A DNA stretch of 53,924 nt. Origin: an uncultured Clostridia bacterium. Its GTDB lineage: Bacteria; Bacillota; Clostridia; Christensenellales; UBA1242. The notes below the pieces were generated by a model. That model did not search any database. It was not told the DNA's origin and was given only the letters and a program-made list of their open reading frames with translations. Below, in pieces: positions 8,423 through 18,013 of the stretch. Position numbers and translations under genes: made by a program. The number at the start of each line of letters is the position of its first letter. Position 1 is the first letter of the stretch. The DNA is taken from the NCBI GenBank assembly GCA_944349805.1, contig CALVNP010000004.1:1-53924 (forward strand), read 5' to 3'.

Positions 8423-10055
8423 ATATATTTTCAAATCTTCTTTTAACTTCCTTTGCCCCTAAAATTTTTGCTATTTCATAAATGTCAGGAGAATTTTTCT
8501 TACCTGTAAGAGCGAGGCGTATATATGTACAAAAATCTGCAATATTGCCGTTAAATTGTTCAGGACAAGCTTTATATAACTTGTTATCAACTGCATAGTT
8601 TAGAGATGGAGCAAGTTCTTTAATTCTTTTAAACCAGGTTTCTTTATCGTCATTTTCGTTGTAAACATCTTTGTAAGCTTTTATCACTTCTTTAAATTTT
8701 TCTTTGTCAATTCCATCCAGCTCATAATTTTTAATCCCGTAAAACATATAATCGAAGTAATTTTTCACTTCACTCCATTTTGCTATGTCCTTTCTTGGTT
8801 TGGCATTTTCTCTGTCAATGTTTAAAACTTGTTTGGAGTAGTCTGGGTTCTCTGTAAGTGTTTTGCAAAATTCAATGTCAAACTTGTTTGCCCATTCAAC
8901 CAGCATTGAATATACTTCCTCTGCTGTTAAATGGGAAATATAGTTTTTTGAAATGTCGGATAGTTTTGCAAAATCGAACATAGGATTATTGGAACCTATT
9001 TTTTGAATTGAAAATGGAAATTCCGTATATTTTTTTGTTGGATTATTTGCTCTCCAAATTTCAAAATCGGAATTTAATAAATTTAATAAGTATTCAATTA
9101 CAGCAATTTTGGGATATCCTGCTTCAATAAAGAATCTCACATCTGCTTCTGGGTCTTTTCTTTTGCTTAACTTTCTTTTATTTCCGGATTCGTCAAGTTT
9201 ACATATAACGGGAGTGTGCGCATACTTGGGTGCTTTAAATCCTAAAGCATTAAAAATTTCCAAATGTGCTGATAGCGATGGGAACCACTCTTCACCCCTG
9301 ACTACAATTGTTGTACCCATCAAGCTGTCATCAACTGCGTGTGCAAATGCGTATGGGGGAATGCCGTTGCTTTTCATCAAGACAACATCTTTAGCGTTTT
9401 CCCTTATCTCTCTTTTTCCCTTAATCAAATCTGTAAATTCAAAAGTCTTTTCGGGATTTCCTTCAGATTTAAGTTTTAAAGCAAAAGGCTCACCATCATT
9501 AATTTTGTTTGTAATTTCTTCTAAGGTCAAATTTCTGCAAACATCTTTTTCTTCAATAAATCCACTTTCTTCAAGTTGCTTGTTTCTTCTTTCTTCTATA
9601 TCTTCCATACCTTCACTTTTTTTGCAAAAGCAAGGAAATGCTCGTCCTTTTTCAACAAGATATCTAGCAAAAGATTGATAAATTGCAAGTCTTTTACTTT
9701 GTACATAGTCACCATATTCGCCAATTTGAGGAAGTTCATCCCCCCTGTATCCCTCGTCTGGTTTCAAATTGTAATGAGTAAGCATATTGTATGCAATATC
9801 TCCGGCATTGTCTATTAATCTTTTTTGGTCTGTATCTTCAAGTCTAAAATAAAATACTCCATTTGTTTGCATTGCTGTTAACTTACTTATAAGTGCGCTG
9901 TATGCGTGTCCAATATGGAGATATCCCGTTGGACTTGGAGATATTCTTGTCACTTCTGCCCCTTGTGGCAAATTTCTTTTGGGATATTTTTCAAGCCAAT
10001 ATTCTATTGGTTTTGCATTTGGATAAAGTAGGTTTGCAAGTTTTTTTGTGTCCAT
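8421..10055 (-). CDS. gltX: Glutamate--tRNA ligase
   Basis: 544 aa, class I aaRS. RISPSPTGYLHIGHAYSAL carries the HIGH motif and KLSKRK is the KMSKS-type motif. FRLEDTD is also present. Confidence 0.88.
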   Translation of the reverse strand: MDTKKLANLLYPNAKPIEYWLEKYPKRNLPQGAEVTRISPSPTGYLHIGHAYSALISKLTAMQTNGVFYFRLEDTDQKRLIDNAGDIAYNMLTHYNLKPDEGYRGDELPQIGEYGDYVQSKRLAIYQSFARYLVEKGRAFPCFCKKSEGMEDIEERRNKQLEESGFIEEKDVCRNLTLEEITNKINDGEPFALKLKSEGNPEKTFEFTDLIKGKREIRENAKDVVLMKSNGIPPYAFAHAVDDSLMGTTIVVRGEEWFPSLSAHLEIFNALGFKAPKYAHTPVICKLDESGNKRKLSKRKDPEADVRFFIEAGYPKIAVIEYLLNLLNSDFEIWRANNPTKKYTEFPFSIQKIGSNNPMFDFAKLSDISKNYISHLTAEEVYSMLVEWANKFDIEFCKTLTENPDYSKQVLNIDRENAKPRKDIAKWSEVKNYFDYMFYGIKNYELDGIDKEKFKEVIKAYKDVYNENDDKETWFKRIKELAPSLNYAVDNKLYKACPEQFNGNIADFCTYIRLALTGKKNSPDIYEIAKILGAKEVKRRFENI

Positions 10056-10056
10056 T

Positions 10057-11004
10057 TTATTCTCCTATCAATTTTGTTGTAAATGAATACATTTCATAAA
10101 TGTAGTTTGTCATAAAATTGTTTATTTTATTGTAATAAGCTGTTTCAAATTTGTCCGTTTCATCATAGTTGGTAACTTCAATTTTTTGTAGACATTCTTC
10201 AAATAGGGAAAGCTCTGCTAAGTATGAATTGTAAACATCTTTCCATTCTTCAAAATTTGTGTTTGTAAAGGAAACATTGTTGTCAAGTTTTTCAATTAAG
10301 TAAAAAATAAATGAACTAGCACTTGTGCTTGACAAATATTGTCCGTCATTTTCACCAAAAGCATATAAGTTGAATGCATAAATCACTTTTGTTAAAGATG
10401 AGATATAACAATATTTAATGTCTACATCGTTTTCGTTTTGTAAAATTTCATAGGAAATTTCATAGGTGTCTAAAAATAAATTATTACATTCTGATACTGC
10501 TAAAATCAATTTGGAAAACTCTCTCTTATATTCTTTTAACTCTTGAAGCGCAATAGGACTTGTTGTAATATTAGAAATGGATTCCAAATTGTTTATAAAT
10601 GTATTTTTTGCTACATTAAAATTAGCTATCTCACTTTTTAAATTGTTTATACTATCAACTAATTCATTATGTTTTTGCTTTACATTTTCATCTTGGGTTT
10701 TTAATGTTACAATTCCGAAATTGTTATAATAATTTTTTGTTGCTATAAAAGAGTTGTGCAACATATCTTCATAGATATTTAAAACATAATAGCCCGTTGT
10801 GTTGTTGTTTATTACGTCAGTTATTTTAGAAGAGTATGTAACTGCTTCATCATAAAAAATTTCTTGATTTATTGGCAGTTCATCTGTTCCTAAAATTGTT
10901 TCATAAGTTTTAGCTGTGTTCTTCCAAAATTCATCAGGTTCTCCACAAGCAACAAAAATAAAGGAAAATGTTAAAAGTAAAATTAAGCTTACAAGTTTTT
11001 TCAT
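10057..11004 (-). CDS. Lipoprotein of unknown function, helical
   Basis: Signal peptide with lipobox LTFSFIFVAC-G. 315 aa. Its stop lies 1 nt from the gltX start, and its start overlaps the upstream stop (ATGA). Confidence 0.65.
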   Translation of the reverse strand: MKKLVSLILLLTFSFIFVACGEPDEFWKNTAKTYETILGTDELPINQEIFYDEAVTYSSKITDVINNNTTGYYVLNIYEDMLHNSFIATKNYYNNFGIVTLKTQDENVKQKHNELVDSINNLKSEIANFNVAKNTFINNLESISNITTSPIALQELKEYKREFSKLILAVSECNNLFLDTYEISYEILQNENDVDIKYCYISSLTKVIYAFNLYAFGENDGQYLSSTSASSFIFYLIEKLDNNVSFTNTNFEEWKDVYNSYLAELSLFEECLQKIEVTNYDETDKFETAYYNKINNFMTNYIYEMYSFTTKLIGE

Positions 11005-11786
11005 ACTTCCTCCTGTGCATTAAAAATATTGTATTGTGCTTGTAATTCATCAATATCGCTTTGTGTGTATGTGTATTTTGAAAAAGCTGTGGAATTTACC
11101 AAAGTTAATATTGCAAGTTGCGATGATAAAGGAAAATTATCTTTTACAGCAACGCAAGAATCTATGGTCAATGTTGTAAAAAGTGAAGAATATTCGTTTA
11201 TTCCGAAACCACGAACAACTGAGTTGTTAATTACATCTTTTATTGCTAAAAACATATCTAAATTTGCTTTAGTTATTTCTTTATACTTTTCCAAAAACTT
11301 TTTTGCAAAATAATTTATGTCTTCATTACTTAAATTTATGGAAAAAAGTGGTTTTATTGTTGTGTCACAATAACTATAAAAATTTTTAAAATTATCAATG
11401 TTATCATTATAAATTTTTGCAACCTTGTTTACTTCAGAATTATATGAATTTGAGCGATATGTAAAAGCTAAATTTTGTGAAAGGTCATCTTTGATTAACA
11501 TTAAAGTGTAATTAATGTTTCTGTACAAATTGAGTTCCTGTTTGACCTCTGTTGATAATTCGCTATAACTTACAATTTTTTTATAGTAGGACATCGAATC
11601 GTCTATTATAACATCATTTTCCTTATTGTCAGTTCTTAAATACATATCAATATAGCTATCAAAATTTTGCTTTGCTAAATTCAAATCTGGTTCTTTTAAT
11701 AAAAAATTAACAAGAACAATTGCAACAATGGCTGTAATTATTGTTATTGTAAAAAACAAAATTCTACCTTTTTTTGTTTTTAACAT
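11001..11786 (-). CDS. N-terminally membrane-anchored protein of unknown function
   Basis: 261 aa from the ATG at 11786 (SD AAGGAG, 6 nt spacing). It has a single N-terminal TM (ILFFTITIITAIVAIVLVNFLL). The track start at 11831 lacks an SD. Confidence 0.6.
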   Translation of the reverse strand: MLKTKKGRILFFTITIITAIVAIVLVNFLLKEPDLNLAKQNFDSYIDMYLRTDNKENDVIIDDSMSYYKKIVSYSELSTEVKQELNLYRNINYTLMLIKDDLSQNLAFTYRSNSYNSEVNKVAKIYNDNIDNFKNFYSYCDTTIKPLFSINLSNEDINYFAKKFLEKYKEITKANLDMFLAIKDVINNSVVRGFGINEYSSLFTTLTIDSCVAVKDNFPLSSQLAILTLVNSTAFSKYTYTQSDIDELQAQYNIFNAQEEV

Positions 11787-11905
11787 ATTATCTCCTTTTA
11801 TTAACGATATTGTACCACAAAACACTTTCAATTAAAAGTGTTTTTTGTCACATAATATTGAAATTTATATTACTCGCTTTTAAAATTGAAAAAAAGGAGA
11901 AGTTT

Positions 11906-13717
11906 ATGGAAATATTATTTCAATTGGAAGAATTGGAAAAAAGAATTGCAAATTTAAGGAAAAACATCGTTTTGCAAAGTGAATTGGAAGAGGAAAAAAA
12001 TAAATTAACAGCTCTTACAGCCAGAGTGGATACTTTGGAAACAAAAAGTTCACAAATTGAACTTAATAAAAACAATATAACATCGTTGACTAATTTAATT
12101 AATAGTTGTTCGCAAGAAATTGATACTTTGGAGACAAGTTTAAGCAACACACAAGATGCCCTTTCTGACATTGAAAGTCAGGTGTCAATTTTGCAAACTA
12201 GTGTTAATGGGTTGTCAAGCGAAATAGATGTTTTGGATTCTTCTGTAAGTGGAATTGAAGAACAATTGAGTCAGCTCAGTACAAGTTTAGACAGTGTTGA
12301 AAGTGGAGTTATTTCAATTCAAAATTCTGTTAACACTTTATCAAGTGATATTGATGAAGTGCAGTCCAGCTTAAATACTTTGGAATTGGAGCTAGATTCT
12401 GTGAGTGCAGATTTAACTTCGGCAAAAACTGACATTGATGATTTAGATGAAAGAGTGTCAACTTTGGAAGCTAGTGGGGGTACAGGGCAAAGTGTAAATG
12501 TAACTGAAACTTTTAATATGGGAGTTAAAGAAAAATTTTTATCTGGTAAAAAAGATGAAACGGACAATTCAGAATTTTTATTTTTCAGGTGCGAACCAAC
12601 GGCAAGAATTGTTGGAAACATATCTTTAAGATTTTCAAGTTTTCCCACAGATATAGAAAGTGTAAAAGTTTATTTATATAAGGATTTTGAAGATGAGCTT
12701 ATAGGAGAATATGAGTTTTTAGCACCGTTTAATCAAGAACAAACTTTAAATTTTAAATTTGAGTTTTTTCCTATAAAGAACAATTACAGATTAAAATTCA
12801 AGACAGGTGGAAGCGAAATGGCAAATGCTATACTTGAAGATTACACCGTTGAGCTTGAAGGAAGAAATGTAATGATATTAAATAGGCATCACGAATTGAA
12901 TATACAAGTTGTGGACAATGTATATTTTGTTACAAAACAGAATTCCAATGTTGCGCATTACCTTGAGCAGACAACATTGAATTTAGACGAAGAAGGGGAA
13001 GTTTTATCAAACTTAACGGGTACTAGTTTTTTATATAAAACATATAAGTACACTTTTTATCAAACACAAACACAATCTTGGCGAAAATCTACAGTTAAGT
13101 ATGTGTTTGCATTAACAAAAGGTGGTTTACATAGATTCACCATTCAAGGACTAACAGCAACCACTTCAACTTGGAGGGGTGATAATATTTATGATGTTTT
13201 TATTAGTTTAAAGAGTGGGCAATCTTCTTATGAATTGATTGGAACAACATTAACGGGCACACCTAAAATTTCTGTAATGGCAAGTTTTAATAATGCTTCT
13301 TTAACAACAGTAACTTTAAATGGCAATGTTTTAGATGATGTTTATGTGCAATGCTTGCCTGTTTATGACAATTATGTTACTTCAAGGAATAATTCAAACA
13401 CTGCAGGATATATTTTAATGGATAATAATGGTAAGATTTTTTATTTGCCTAATAAAAATGCGACATATATTATAGAAATAGGACAAGGAACACAACCAAA
13501 CGCTTATTTACAACCTGACAATAACACAATAAATATATACTATACATTTTGCAACACGACTATAAAAAGAAAACTTGTAAGAACATCAGAAAACTCTCCA
13601 TTTGAATTAGTTTCCACAATAGAAAAATTCCCCGGTGTTACAGAGTATATGGAAGGATTAAATGGGGTAAGTGTTCAGAAGATAAATGGAGAATACCAAG
13701 TAATAAACCCATCTTGA
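11906..13717 (+). CDS. Coiled-coil (Ser/Thr/Leu heptad-rich) protein with a beta-rich C-terminal domain, function unknown
   Basis: 603 aa from the ATG at 11906 (SD AAGGAGAAG). The first ~190 aa are repetitive, of the form L..S...L...V..L. The remainder is Y/T/N-rich. I see no signal peptide or TM. Confidence 0.6.
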   Translation: MEILFQLEELEKRIANLRKNIVLQSELEEEKNKLTALTARVDTLETKSSQIELNKNNITSLTNLINSCSQEIDTLETSLSNTQDALSDIESQVSILQTSVNGLSSEIDVLDSSVSGIEEQLSQLSTSLDSVESGVISIQNSVNTLSSDIDEVQSSLNTLELELDSVSADLTSAKTDIDDLDERVSTLEASGGTGQSVNVTETFNMGVKEKFLSGKKDETDNSEFLFFRCEPTARIVGNISLRFSSFPTDIESVKVYLYKDFEDELIGEYEFLAPFNQEQTLNFKFEFFPIKNNYRLKFKTGGSEMANAILEDYTVELEGRNVMILNRHHELNIQVVDNVYFVTKQNSNVAHYLEQTTLNLDEEGEVLSNLTGTSFLYKTYKYTFYQTQTQSWRKSTVKYVFALTKGGLHRFTIQGLTATTSTWRGDNIYDVFISLKSGQSSYELIGTTLTGTPKISVMASFNNASLTTVTLNGNVLDDVYVQCLPVYDNYVTSRNNSNTAGYILMDNNGKIFYLPNKNATYIIEIGQGTQPNAYLQPDNNTINIYYTFCNTTIKRKLVRTSENSPFELVSTIEKFPGVTEYMEGLNGVSVQKINGEYQVINPS

Positions 13718-13769
13718 CATACAAAAAAAATGTGATATAATTAAATAAAGTCATATTTGTGGAGGAGTT

Positions 13770-14396
13770 GTGAAAAAACAAGTGAATTTGAGTGATGAAT
13801 TTTTTGAATTGTTAAGAAAATACAGTAAACTTCAATTAAAAACAGGGGATAAAAATTTTGATGAATATGTTGGAAATTTTTATGCAAAAAATTTGCCACA
13901 GTATATTGAAGAAATAGGTGAAGAAATAAAGAACTTAAAACTTAAAATATTTCTATTGGAAAATTTTACAACAAGTCTATACAAGTATGAAATGAGTGTG
14001 TCTGAAATTAATTGGGCATATCAATCATTTGAAGAAAGAGAAAGAAATTTGGCTATATATAGATTTTTGTGTAAATATACAAACATATATGCAAGGAGTA
14101 ATTGCATAAGAAAAATGAAAAAACAAAAATTAAAGAAAGAATGTGAATTGAAAGCTATTAAAAGTCTTGACGAGTTTCCAGAAAGAAAAGAATTGCTTGA
14201 AAGATATAAAATTGCAGATAAGTATTATGAAAGGCTAGAAAGAGAATTTAGAAAGTTTTTAACTGAAAATCCAAGAAATAAACTTACTAAAAAGTATGGA
14301 CAAAACCTAAAATGTTTTGATAGAGCCTTTTTCGATTCGCATATTAAAGAAATAAACGATTTGCAAGATGGAATGCAAATAACATTTGATTTTTAA
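13770..14396 (+). CDS. Hypothetical protein (helical, K/E-rich)
   Basis: 208 aa. GTG start with SD GGAGGAG. It lies downstream of the coiled-coil gene with a 52-nt gap and no terminator. Confidence 0.5.
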   Translation: MKKQVNLSDEFFELLRKYSKLQLKTGDKNFDEYVGNFYAKNLPQYIEEIGEEIKNLKLKIFLLENFTTSLYKYEMSVSEINWAYQSFEERERNLAIYRFLCKYTNIYARSNCIRKMKKQKLKKECELKAIKSLDEFPERKELLERYKIADKYYERLEREFRKFLTENPRNKLTKKYGQNLKCFDRAFFDSHIKEINDLQDGMQITFDF

Positions 14397-14421
14397 AAAA
14401 ACAGGCAAATGCCTGTTTTTT
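14395..14421. terminator. Bidirectional intrinsic terminator
   Basis: ACAGGC / GCCTGT stem (14401-14416) flanked by an A6 run and a T-run. Confidence 0.75.
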
Positions 14422-15331
14422 AAAATAAATTAATAATAAATCCTAACAGTGCGCTAAAAGTATAGGTTATTAATAAAATGAGAACGTTCTGTTTTATATT
14501 CTTGTTTTTTGTAAAAAGTATAACAAGACCAAGTCCTGCTCCAGAGCAAAGTCCAGCAACAAGACTACCAAAACTCAAAATACCAGAAATAAATAATTCA
14601 ACAAGAAGTACGCTTATTGCACAACTTGGTATAAGACCTATTAATGCAACAATAATTGGTTGGAATATGCTGTTTGTAATCATAATTTTTGAAATATTTT
14701 CCACACCAACAAAATAAACCAACGAGTTTACAATTAAAGAGGCAACAAGAAGGTAAAATGCGATATCTAAGGTATGTTTTAATGCGTGCAGGAAAATGCT
14801 GTTAGCATATTCGTTATTTGATTGTGTTGTTTTAATGGGTTTATTAAAATTTTCTTTATGTGCGTGGCAGTGACAATGTTGTTCTTCATCTTCCATTTCT
14901 GGGAAATGACAGGTTGAATCTAGTTGCTCTGGCACAACGACATTCCTGTCCCTTATTAAAACATAGTCTACAAAGTACCCTATTCCAACCCCTGCAACAA
15001 ATTTAATAACTAAAAGAAGTAAAAGCGTTGTTATAAGCGTTGGCTCTGAAATAAGTATAGGGACAGCTTCATCTGAAGTTGCAACAAAAACGGCAATTAA
15101 AGTACCCATAGTGATATGTTTTTTGGAGTATAAATCAGCCATTACACCAGAAAAACCACATTGTGGAATTTGTCCTAATGCACTTGCAAGAATTGGTCCC
15201 GTCTTTTTTGATGTTTTTAAGATGTTTTTATGAGAAAAAAACACTACCAACAAATAAACTAAATACAAAATTGGTAATGCTTTTAGAGTATCTAAAAACG
15301 AATCAATAATTACATCTATCATAGACATCAA
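14420..15331 (-). CDS. Putative 10-TM heavy-metal exporter (ArsP_2 / DUF2899-like permease)
   Basis: 303 aa, polytopic. GQIPQCGFSGVMADLYSKKHITMGTLIAVFVATSDEAVPIL matches my recollection of the family core. The central loop CHFPEMEDEEQHCHCHAHKE is His/Cys-rich. Confidence 0.6.
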   Translation of the reverse strand: MMSMIDVIIDSFLDTLKALPILYLVYLLVVFFSHKNILKTSKKTGPILASALGQIPQCGFSGVMADLYSKKHITMGTLIAVFVATSDEAVPILISEPTLITTLLLLLVIKFVAGVGIGYFVDYVLIRDRNVVVPEQLDSTCHFPEMEDEEQHCHCHAHKENFNKPIKTTQSNNEYANSIFLHALKHTLDIAFYLLVASLIVNSLVYFVGVENISKIMITNSIFQPIIVALIGLIPSCAISVLLVELFISGILSFGSLVAGLCSGAGLGLVILFTKNKNIKQNVLILLITYTFSALLGFIINLF

Positions 15332-15369
15332 ATACTTTATACCAAATAAAATAAAAAAGCAATAGAATT

Positions 15370-15403
15370 AAAAAAATATCAAACAAAAAGTTTGATATTT
15401 TTT
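15370..15403 (-). terminator. Intrinsic terminator after the 15417..15902 gene (symmetric, could act in both directions)
   Basis: ATATCAAAC (15376-15384) / GTTTGATAT (15390-15398), flanked by an A-run and a T-run. Confidence 0.65.
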
Positions 15404-15416
15404 ATATTATTTTATG

Positions 15417-15902
15417 TTATTTCCTATTTGCTATAATTCCACTTATCCCACCTAGAAGTCCAAAAATAAATAGTAAGTATCCACCAGCAGAAACAACATA
15501 TTTTGTTATTTCTGAAAGGGCATCACTTGAAGCACTAGATGCCATAACGCAAAGCATTATAAAAGCAGTTAATGAAGTGATTGTCACTACAATTGCAAGA
15601 ATAAATCTTAAAAGCCTTGGAAGATTAATTTTTAATAATCTTATCACTTCAAGTAGAGCAAGAACAATACCTGATATTATTGCAATAAGACCAGCAATTT
15701 CAATTGCAGTTGCAAGAGCTGATACATCTTGTGCAGCAAGGACAATATCTTTTAATGAAAATAATGTGTAGGATTGCATCACTTTATTTGCTGCTGTTAA
15801 ATCTATTAAGCTTATAAAAAGTGGAAGAATTAAAAGCAGACATAGAACAATGGTTGCACCAGATAGTAAAAGTTGTGCAGTGCTTGTTTTTGATTTTTTC
15901 AT
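15417..15902 (-). CDS. Integral membrane protein (4-5 TM), function unknown
   Basis: 161 aa, hydrophobic throughout. SD-like GGGGG upstream of the ATG. Confidence 0.55.
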   Translation of the reverse strand: MKKSKTSTAQLLLSGATIVLCLLLILPLFISLIDLTAANKVMQSYTLFSLKDIVLAAQDVSALATAIEIAGLIAIISGIVLALLEVIRLLKINLPRLLRFILAIVVTITSLTAFIMLCVMASSASSDALSEITKYVVSAGGYLLFIFGLLGGISGIIANRK

Positions 15903-16017
15903 AATTTTACCCCCTATGATGTTTATAGTTTATAATTTGATATAAAAATTGTCAATCATATTAAATATATTTGTTTTTATTTTGCAAAATTTGTATAATG
16001 TGAAAAAGGATAAGTTT

Positions 16018-17436
16018 ATGATAAAGTTTGGAACAAGTGGATTTCGGGGAATTATAGGTGATAATTTTACAAGGGAAAATGTACAAAAGGTTGCCTTTGC
16101 ATTATCAAAACTTATAAAGGAAGAAAAAGTGCAGTCACCTTGTGTACATATAGGTTTTGATAATCGATTTATGGGGGAAATGTTTGCAAAATGGTTTAGC
16201 GAAGTTTTAATAGCTGAAAACATTAAAGTTGTTTTTTATGATAAAGCAACACCAACACCTGTTATTGCCTTTATGTCTAAAAACAGCACTTTCGGAGTGG
16301 TCTTAACTGCTAGTCATAATCCATATTATTATAACGGTATTAAAGTTATAAGGGAAAGTGGTGAAGTGCCTGATGATTTTGCAAGCAAAATAGAAAAAAT
16401 AGCAAACAAAATAAAGATAAATAAGATAAGGACAAAACCATTTGAAAAAGGTGTTAAAGATGGAGATATTTCAATCCAAAACAACACAGAGTCGTACGAA
16501 AAAAGTGTAATAAGTTTTATCGATAAAAAATGTATAAAAGCTGAAAAACCAAAAATTTTGTTTAACGCAATGCACGGAAATTGTTCACAAACAATAAAAA
16601 ATATTTGTAAAAAATTATGCATTGAAGATTATGGAATAATGAATGAAAATATTGACCCTTATTTTGAATATGGACTTCCAGCCCCATACTTAAAAAATTT
16701 AACAATTCAGGCACAAAGAGTTAAAAAAGAGAAGTTTGATGTGGGTATTGCTTTGGACGGCGATAGTGATAGAATTACTTGTATTGATTCAAGTGGGGAA
16801 ATTTATGACTGCAATTATGTTTTGGTTTTGCTATACAATTATTTTGTAAGTGAAAAAAAGTATAGTGGAGGAGTTGTACATAACACTGCCTTTACAAATT
16901 TAATTTCCATTATTGCAAAAAAATTTAATGAGCCAGAATACATAGCAAAGGTCGGTTTTAAAAATATTGCAGAAAAATTAAGCTCTACAAATGCCTTCAT
17001 TGGTGGGGAAACAAATGGAATAGCATTTAAAAAGCATATATTGGGGAAAGATGGAATCATAGGGGCATTTTTTGTTATAGATATGATATGTCATTACAAA
17101 AAAGGATTAAAAAAGCTTTTAAAAGAGTTGGAAAGGGAATTGAACTTTCCAAGTTGCGCCTTAGAATTTGCATATCCAATCAATGAGATGAAAAAATCCG
17201 AAATCACTCAAAAGGTTTTTTGTTTAAAAGAGCTTCCAAACATTGATAAAAAAATAATAAAAACGGATTATAATGACGGGGCAAAGTACACATTTTCTAA
17301 TGGATATTGGACAATGGTAAGGTTTAGTGGGAACGAAAATGTTGTTCGCATTTTCGCTGAAATGCCAAACGAAGAAGAGTGTCAAAGTATAATTGCAGAT
17401 ATTGAAAATTTTGTTGGGGTAAAAGAAAGACAGTAG
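16018..17436 (+). CDS. Phosphoglucomutase/phosphomannomutase family protein (alpha-D-phosphohexomutase)
   Basis: 472 aa from the ATG at 16018 (SD AAGGA). FGTSGFRG, catalytic-Ser loop TASHNPYYYNGIK, and Mg site ALDGDSDR. Confidence 0.85.
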   Translation: MIKFGTSGFRGIIGDNFTRENVQKVAFALSKLIKEEKVQSPCVHIGFDNRFMGEMFAKWFSEVLIAENIKVVFYDKATPTPVIAFMSKNSTFGVVLTASHNPYYYNGIKVIRESGEVPDDFASKIEKIANKIKINKIRTKPFEKGVKDGDISIQNNTESYEKSVISFIDKKCIKAEKPKILFNAMHGNCSQTIKNICKKLCIEDYGIMNENIDPYFEYGLPAPYLKNLTIQAQRVKKEKFDVGIALDGDSDRITCIDSSGEIYDCNYVLVLLYNYFVSEKKYSGGVVHNTAFTNLISIIAKKFNEPEYIAKVGFKNIAEKLSSTNAFIGGETNGIAFKKHILGKDGIIGAFFVIDMICHYKKGLKKLLKELERELNFPSCALEFAYPINEMKKSEITQKVFCLKELPNIDKKIIKTDYNDGAKYTFSNGYWTMVRFSGNENVVRIFAEMPNEEECQSIIADIENFVGVKERQ

Positions 17437-17445
17437 GTTTAAATT

Positions 17446-17991
17446 ATGGAAGAATTAATTGATGTTTTAGATGAAAATGGAAATTTTGTAAACACTCTTA
17501 GTAGAGCCTATGTCCATCAAAATGGGTTATGGCATAAAAGTGTTCACATTTGGATAATTAATTCTAAGGGGGAAATTTTGCTTCAAAAAAGAAGCAGTCT
17601 TAAAAAATTTTTCCCAAATGTTTGGGATTGTGCTTTTGCTGGACATATCGACACTAAGGAGAGCTCAATAGAAACTGTGGTTAGAGAAGGGAAAGAAGAA
17701 CTCGGTATTGATATAAATTTAGAAAAATTAAAACTTTTATTTACAAATAAAGAAGAACTTTATCACGATAACATCTATAATAGAGAATTTGTTGATGTTT
17801 ATGTTTATGAAGATGATATTGACATAAATTCCTTAAAAATACAAAAAGAAGAAGTGAGTGATGTAAAGTGGATAGATTATGAAGAATTTATTAAAAAAAT
17901 AAATAAAAAAAATAATGAATTTTTATTTCATCACGAAAAAGAATATTTATTTTTGGAAAAATATTTAAAAAATAAATTTATTTTAATATAA
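17446..17991 (+). CDS. Nudix hydrolase (IDI/ADP-ribose pyrophosphatase-like)
   Basis: Nudix box GHIDTKESSIETVVREGKEELGI. 181 aa. Confidence 0.75.
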   Translation: MEELIDVLDENGNFVNTLSRAYVHQNGLWHKSVHIWIINSKGEILLQKRSSLKKFFPNVWDCAFAGHIDTKESSIETVVREGKEELGIDINLEKLKLLFTNKEELYHDNIYNREFVDVYVYEDDIDINSLKIQKEEVSDVKWIDYEEFIKKINKKNNEFLFHHEKEYLFLEKYLKNKFILI

Positions 17992-17994
17992 AAA

Positions 17995-18013
17995 AATAAG
18001 CTTTTAGCTTATT
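17995..18013. terminator. Bidirectional hairpin between convergent genes
   Basis: AATAAGC / GCTTATT stem flanked by an A-run and a T-run. It is an A/T-rich, weak stem. Confidence 0.5.

Noticed and set aside
9109-10099. Three plus-strand ORFs (189, 80 and 68 aa) antisense to gltX
   Set aside because: They are shadow ORFs of a well-supported gene, with low-complexity S/L/F-rich translations and no SD.
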